Origin: Pseudoalteromonas tetraodonis
Lineage (GTDB): Bacteria > Pseudomonadota > Gammaproteobacteria > Enterobacterales > Alteromonadaceae
Direction of reading: 5' to 3'
DNA: 32,000 nucleotides
NCBI RefSeq assembly: GCF_002310835.1
Contig: NZ_CP011041.1
Coordinates: 300,001 to 332,000 of the forward strand
Part shown: positions 28,716 to 32,000 of the stretch, one piece after another
Position numbering within the stretch: position 1 is the first letter of the stretch
How the letters are laid out: each line of letters opens with the position of its first letter
Made by a program: the position numbers and the translations under genes
The notes under the pieces: generated by a model
The model's input: only the letters and a program-made list of their open reading frames with translations
What the model was told of the DNA's origin: nothing
Databases searched by the model: none

Positions 28716-29795
28716 ATGCTAAGTCAACTAATAAAAAAACCATCACCAATGATGGTAGGTATTGATATTGGATCGCACTCTATCAAGGCCGTACTTTTAA
28801 GTGAAACAGAAACTGGGCTTCGACTAGAAGCACTTGCAATTGAACCTATGCCAAAAGGCGCTATGAGCGAGCGTAATATTCAAGATATTGAAGCAATTGG
28901 TAATGTGATAATCAAGTTAAAACGAAAGCTACCAAAGTCGCTAAAATTCGCGTCTGTTGCCGTCTCTGGGCAAACCGTGATTACTAAAGTTATTTTCATG
29001 GATGTTTCCTTAAGCGACGCTGAATTAGAGTCGCAGATTGAAATTGAAGCCGACAGCTTAATTCCTTACCCACTAGATGAAGTGAGTCTTGATTTTGAAA
29101 AGCTCTCTACAAATAGTGCTGACCCGAGCAAAATAAATGTACTGCTCTCTGCCGCTAGAACCGAAAGCGTTGAAGCCAGAGTCGGTGCGTTAAGTGCTGC
29201 GAATTTAACCGCAAAAGTAGTGGACGTTGAAAGCTATGCGCTAAGTCGCGCTATGGATGTTTACTACCAACAGTTACCATCAGATGCATATGACAAAACG
29301 GTTGCAGTGGTTGATATTGGTGCTGTACTCACCTTGGTGAGTGTAGTGCAATCTGGTGAGACAATTTATACCCGTGACCAAGTATTTGGTGGCGACCAAT
29401 ACACAAATAGTATCGTTGCTTACTACAACAAAGGCTTTGATGAAGCTGAAATTGGCAAAACAACCGGTGATTTACCTCCAAACTATACATTTGAAGTGTT
29501 AGCACCTTTTCAAACATCGTTACTCCAGCAGGTTCGTCGTGCTGTTCAAATGTTTTTAACCACCACAGGTAAAGAACAATTGGACTATATTGTATTGACG
29601 GGCGGCTCAGCGATGATTAAAGGCATTGATAGATTGCTGATTGAAGAATTAGGAATACACACAGTTGTTGTTGAACCATTTGATAAGATGGAAATATCCC
29701 CTAGAGTTGATCGTAATATAATACAGCGCCACCGCACTCAATTTGCAATTGCGACTGGCCTGGCGTTGAGGAGCTTTTCATCATGCCACATATAA
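28716..29795 (+). CDS. pilM: Type IV pilus assembly protein PilM (actin-like ATPase fold)
   Basis: 359 aa. MLSQLIKKPSPMMVGIDIGSHSIKAV aligns with P. aeruginosa PilM [25 protein letters not shown]. The VVDVESYAL and VVDIGA motifs are also present. Confidence 0.95.
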   Translation: MLSQLIKKPSPMMVGIDIGSHSIKAVLLSETETGLRLEALAIEPMPKGAMSERNIQDIEAIGNVIIKLKRKLPKSLKFASVAVSGQTVITKVIFMDVSLSDAELESQIEIEADSLIPYPLDEVSLDFEKLSTNSADPSKINVLLSAARTESVEARVGALSAANLTAKVVDVESYALSRAMDVYYQQLPSDAYDKTVAVVDIGAVLTLVSVVQSGETIYTRDQVFGGDQYTNSIVAYYNKGFDEAEIGKTTGDLPPNYTFEVLAPFQTSLLQQVRRAVQMFLTTTGKEQLDYIVLTGGSAMIKGIDRLLIEELGIHTVVVEPFDKMEISPRVDRNIIQRHRTQFAIATGLALRSFSSCHI

Positions 29796-30355
29796 ATTTA
29801 TTACCTTGGCGTGAGCTACAGCGTGAGCAGTCTAAAAAGAAATTTATAACACTTCTTATGGCTGTGGTTATCGTCTGTTTTGCTGGTATGTATATGCTGA
29901 GTGTGTTTTATGGTGCTCTAAAAGAAGGGCAAACGTTAAAAAATAATTATCTTAGTTCAGAAATTACAACGCTCGACAATAAAATTCGCGACATACGTGA
30001 TCTAGACAAGAAAAAAGAAAACTTACAACAACGTATGCGTTTAATTGAAGAGTTACAAAGTAGCCGTAATTTAGGCACCCAAATAATGGATGAAGTGGCA
30101 AAAATAGTGCCTGCAGGGGTTTATTTAACCAAGCTGGAGCGCAAAGGTAATCAAATTCATGTGTTAGGCAAAAGTGAGTCTAATAATCGTTTATCTACTA
30201 TGCTCAGACAGGTACAAAGCTCTTACTTATTAGAGCGCCCGACTATGCAAGGTATTGTTGCCGGCGATCAATCTTCACGTTTACTCAGCGATTTTAATAT
30301 GGAGTTTTACGTAAAACCATTTGGCAAAATAGGTGAGGTACGTAATGAACCTTGA
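29783..30355 (+). CDS. pilN: Type IV pilus assembly protein PilN
   Basis: 190 aa. It has the conserved N-terminus MPHINLLPWRE, one TM segment and a coiled-coil region. It overlaps the pilM end by 13 nt. Confidence 0.94.
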   Translation: MPHINLLPWRELQREQSKKKFITLLMAVVIVCFAGMYMLSVFYGALKEGQTLKNNYLSSEITTLDNKIRDIRDLDKKKENLQQRMRLIEELQSSRNLGTQIMDEVAKIVPAGVYLTKLERKGNQIHVLGKSESNNRLSTMLRQVQSSYLLERPTMQGIVAGDQSSRLLSDFNMEFYVKPFGKIGEVRNEP

Positions 30356-30947
30356 TTTTAAATCGTTTACAGAAATCGATTGGAATGAAATCGAGCTCGA
30401 TAACATCGGTGAGTGGCCCGTTATTGTAAAAGCAATATGCGGAACTTTTGTAGCTTGTTTGGTGTTGTTTTTTAGCTACAGCTTATTAGTGTCGGATGAA
30501 ATAGACAGCTACCACAATGCCGTTGCTAAGGAAATTGAGTTACGCACAACCTACCGAACTAAATATGCAGTTGCCAGTAAGCTTGATATTTATCGTGAGC
30601 AAATGGTTGAGATGGAAGATAAATTCTCTCAATTATTAAAACGCCTACCTACTTCAAATGAGACGCCAGGATTATTGGACGACCTTTCTTATGTGGGTAC
30701 AACCAGCGGGTTAACATTTTTAAAAATTGGTTGGTTGCCAGAAGTTGAAAAAGAGTTTTATACCGAGTTGCCAATTAAAATTGAAGTGGTAGGTACTTAT
30801 CATGAGTTTGGCGAATTTGTAGGGAAAGTGGCTCAACTACCAAGAATTGTCAGTTTACATGACTTTTCTATTTTATCATCTGGCGAAAAGCAGCTAACAT
30901 TCAGTGTAGTAGCAAAAACTTACCGTTATGAAGAGGGGGTGAGATGA
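30345..30947 (+). CDS. pilO: Type IV pilus assembly protein PilO
   Basis: LDNIGEWPVIVKA, TPGLLDDLS, LPRIVSLHDF and VAKTYRY are collinear with P. aeruginosa PilO. The ATG at 30345 is preceded by GGTGAGG. The ORF-track GTG at 30333 is likely an over-extension. Confidence 0.93.
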   Translation: MNLDFKSFTEIDWNEIELDNIGEWPVIVKAICGTFVACLVLFFSYSLLVSDEIDSYHNAVAKEIELRTTYRTKYAVASKLDIYREQMVEMEDKFSQLLKRLPTSNETPGLLDDLSYVGTTSGLTFLKIGWLPEVEKEFYTELPIKIEVVGTYHEFGEFVGKVAQLPRIVSLHDFSILSSGEKQLTFSVVAKTYRYEEGVR

Positions 30948-31483
30948 TGAAGCAGCTTCTCTTTTTAACCACTGCGATGTTTTTGCTCAGTGGCTGTAAC
31001 GAGGATACATCGGAGCAAAAAGAATTTATTGATCAGGTTAAGGCAAATACCACGGCACGTATTGAAAAAATACCTGAGCTAGTTAAGTTTGAGCACTTTG
31101 AGTATAACGCCAAAGACTTACGTAGTCCTTTTGTAGCGCCAGAACCAGAAATTATTCAAAACAAGCTAACACAAGTTAAAAACTGTCTTCACCCAGATCC
31201 AGAGCGTGTTCGTCAGCCACTGGAGAAGTACCCATTAGATAATTTAGCAATGAGGGGCACAATAGGATCGAACGGCAAAACATGGGCGCTCATTACAGCT
31301 GCTGATGACACCTTGCACCGAGTAACAATAGGAAGCTATTTAGGCACCTATGACGGAAAAGTAAGCAGTGTTAATAGTGACTATATTGAATTAGTAGAAT
31401 TAATCCCTGATGGGTCAGGTTGTTGGAAAGAACGTTTGACCAAATTAGAAATGTTAGAGGCGGCAACCAATGGCGCAAATTAA
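30944..31483 (+). CDS. pilP: Type IV pilus assembly lipoprotein PilP
   Basis: 179 aa. It has a lipobox (LLSGC), and LRSPF and VTIGSYLGTYDGKVSSV resemble PilP. SD GAGGGGG. It overlaps the pilO stop by 4 nt. Confidence 0.9.
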   Translation: MMKQLLFLTTAMFLLSGCNEDTSEQKEFIDQVKANTTARIEKIPELVKFEHFEYNAKDLRSPFVAPEPEIIQNKLTQVKNCLHPDPERVRQPLEKYPLDNLAMRGTIGSNGKTWALITAADDTLHRVTIGSYLGTYDGKVSSVNSDYIELVELIPDGSGCWKERLTKLEMLEAATNGAN

Positions 31484-31505
31484 TAAGAAAAAAGGTATAC
31501 CCTAT

Positions 31506-32000
31506 ATGCACAAAGGTGAGTGTTCGCATCATCGTATTTTATCTGCTTTATTGTTTGTTTTTTTACTACTAATGACAAAAGCCGTAAGTGCAGCCCCTTT
31601 ACTCTATGACGTTCGATATAATCCATTGCTTAAAGGTGAAACCGAATTACAGCTAGTTTTTGATGAAGAGTTGCAGCAGCAACCAGCAGTACAAGTTTTT
31701 AATAGCCCTGCAAGAATAGAGCTACTATTTGATGGGGTAGAATTAGATGAAGGGTTGACGAATATCGCTATCAACCAAGCTGGTATCAGTAACATCACGA
31801 GTATGATGACCAGTGCGGGTTTAAAAGTGACCATTAACTTGGACCGATTAAAAATTTATGAGACTGAAGTAAACAATAATTTAGTTTCTATTAGAATTTC
31901 TGATAACCCACTCACAGAGCAAATTTTAACAACCAGCGAAGATAAGCCTGCTTACACGTCTAATTATATTAACGGTATTCAAGCAATTGACTTTCGACGT
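31506..32000 (+). CDS. pilQ: Type IV pilus secretin PilQ (N-terminal 165 codons; continues beyond the window)
   Basis: My own translation from the ATG at 31506 gives MHKGECSHHRILSALLFVFLLLMTKAVSA (signal peptide), then AMIN-like repeats (LQLVFDEELQQQPAVQVFNSPARIELLFDGVEL...). The frame is open to base 32000 and the gene follows pilP. Confidence 0.85.
   Translation, partial: MHKGECSHHRILSALLFVFLLLMTKAVSAAPLLYDVRYNPLLKGETELQLVFDEELQQQPAVQVFNSPARIELLFDGVELDEGLTNIAINQAGISNITSMMTSAGLKVTINLDRLKIYETEVNNNLVSIRISDNPLTEQILTTSEDKPAYTSNYINGIQAIDFRR

Noticed and set aside
31604-31834. 76-aa minus-strand ORF
   Set aside because: It is antisense to the open pilQ reading frame, which has a signal peptide and AMIN-like sequence and fits the pilMNOPQ operon.
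1-32000. Search for mobile elements, CRISPR arrays, tRNA/rRNA genes, defence or toxin-antitoxin modules and island boundaries
   Set aside because: I found no direct-repeat arrays, no transposase, integrase or phage-like ORFs, and no tRNA-like cloverleaf regions in the intergenic spacers. I noticed no obvious compositional break by eye. The gene order matches conserved gammaproteobacterial neighbourhoods (priA-ftsN-hslVU, metJ-metBL, ponA-pilMNOPQ). I therefore do not claim a novel system here.

Overview
This window looks like conserved chromosomal backbone of a marine gammaproteobacterium. The roughly 40% GC content and the gene order suggest Alteromonadales or Pseudoalteromonas, but that is inference only. 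Nearly all of it is explained by recognisable housekeeping genes. In order: secA (partial, -), a YeeZ-like NAD(P)-binding protein (+), hutH-hutU-hutC (-) divergent from hutI (+), a membrane-anchored degenerate GGDEF-EAL protein (+), an arginase-family hutG candidate and rraA (-), a methyl-accepting chemotaxis protein (+), a DUF971 protein, hslU-hslV, ftsN-like and priA (all -), rpmE (+), a short-form malic enzyme (+), metJ (-) divergent from metB-metL (+), mrcA/PBP1A (-) divergent from pilM-pilN-pilO-pilP-pilQ (+, pilQ partial). I found no tRNA or rRNA gene, CRISPR array, IS element, integrase, phage gene or defence-island signature. I do not see a convincing novel multi-gene system. The best follow-up candidates are modest. 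(1) A doubly degenerate GGDEF-EAL membrane protein sits inside the hut locus and is apparently co-transcribed with hutI. (2) hutG is detached from the HutC operator and tightly coupled to rraA. (3) The malic-enzyme gene is a candidate leaderless mRNA, with a perfect TATAAT 6 nt before its ATG, behind an unusually long AT-rich spacer. (4) A 620-bp non-coding region lies upstream of secA with no secM-sized ORF. (5) A sigma-32-like promoter and a leader hairpin precede hslVU, and the DUF971 gene sits behind the hslU terminator. Regulatory calls (HutC operator, Met boxes, terminators) come from direct reading of the sequence against well-known consensus sites.
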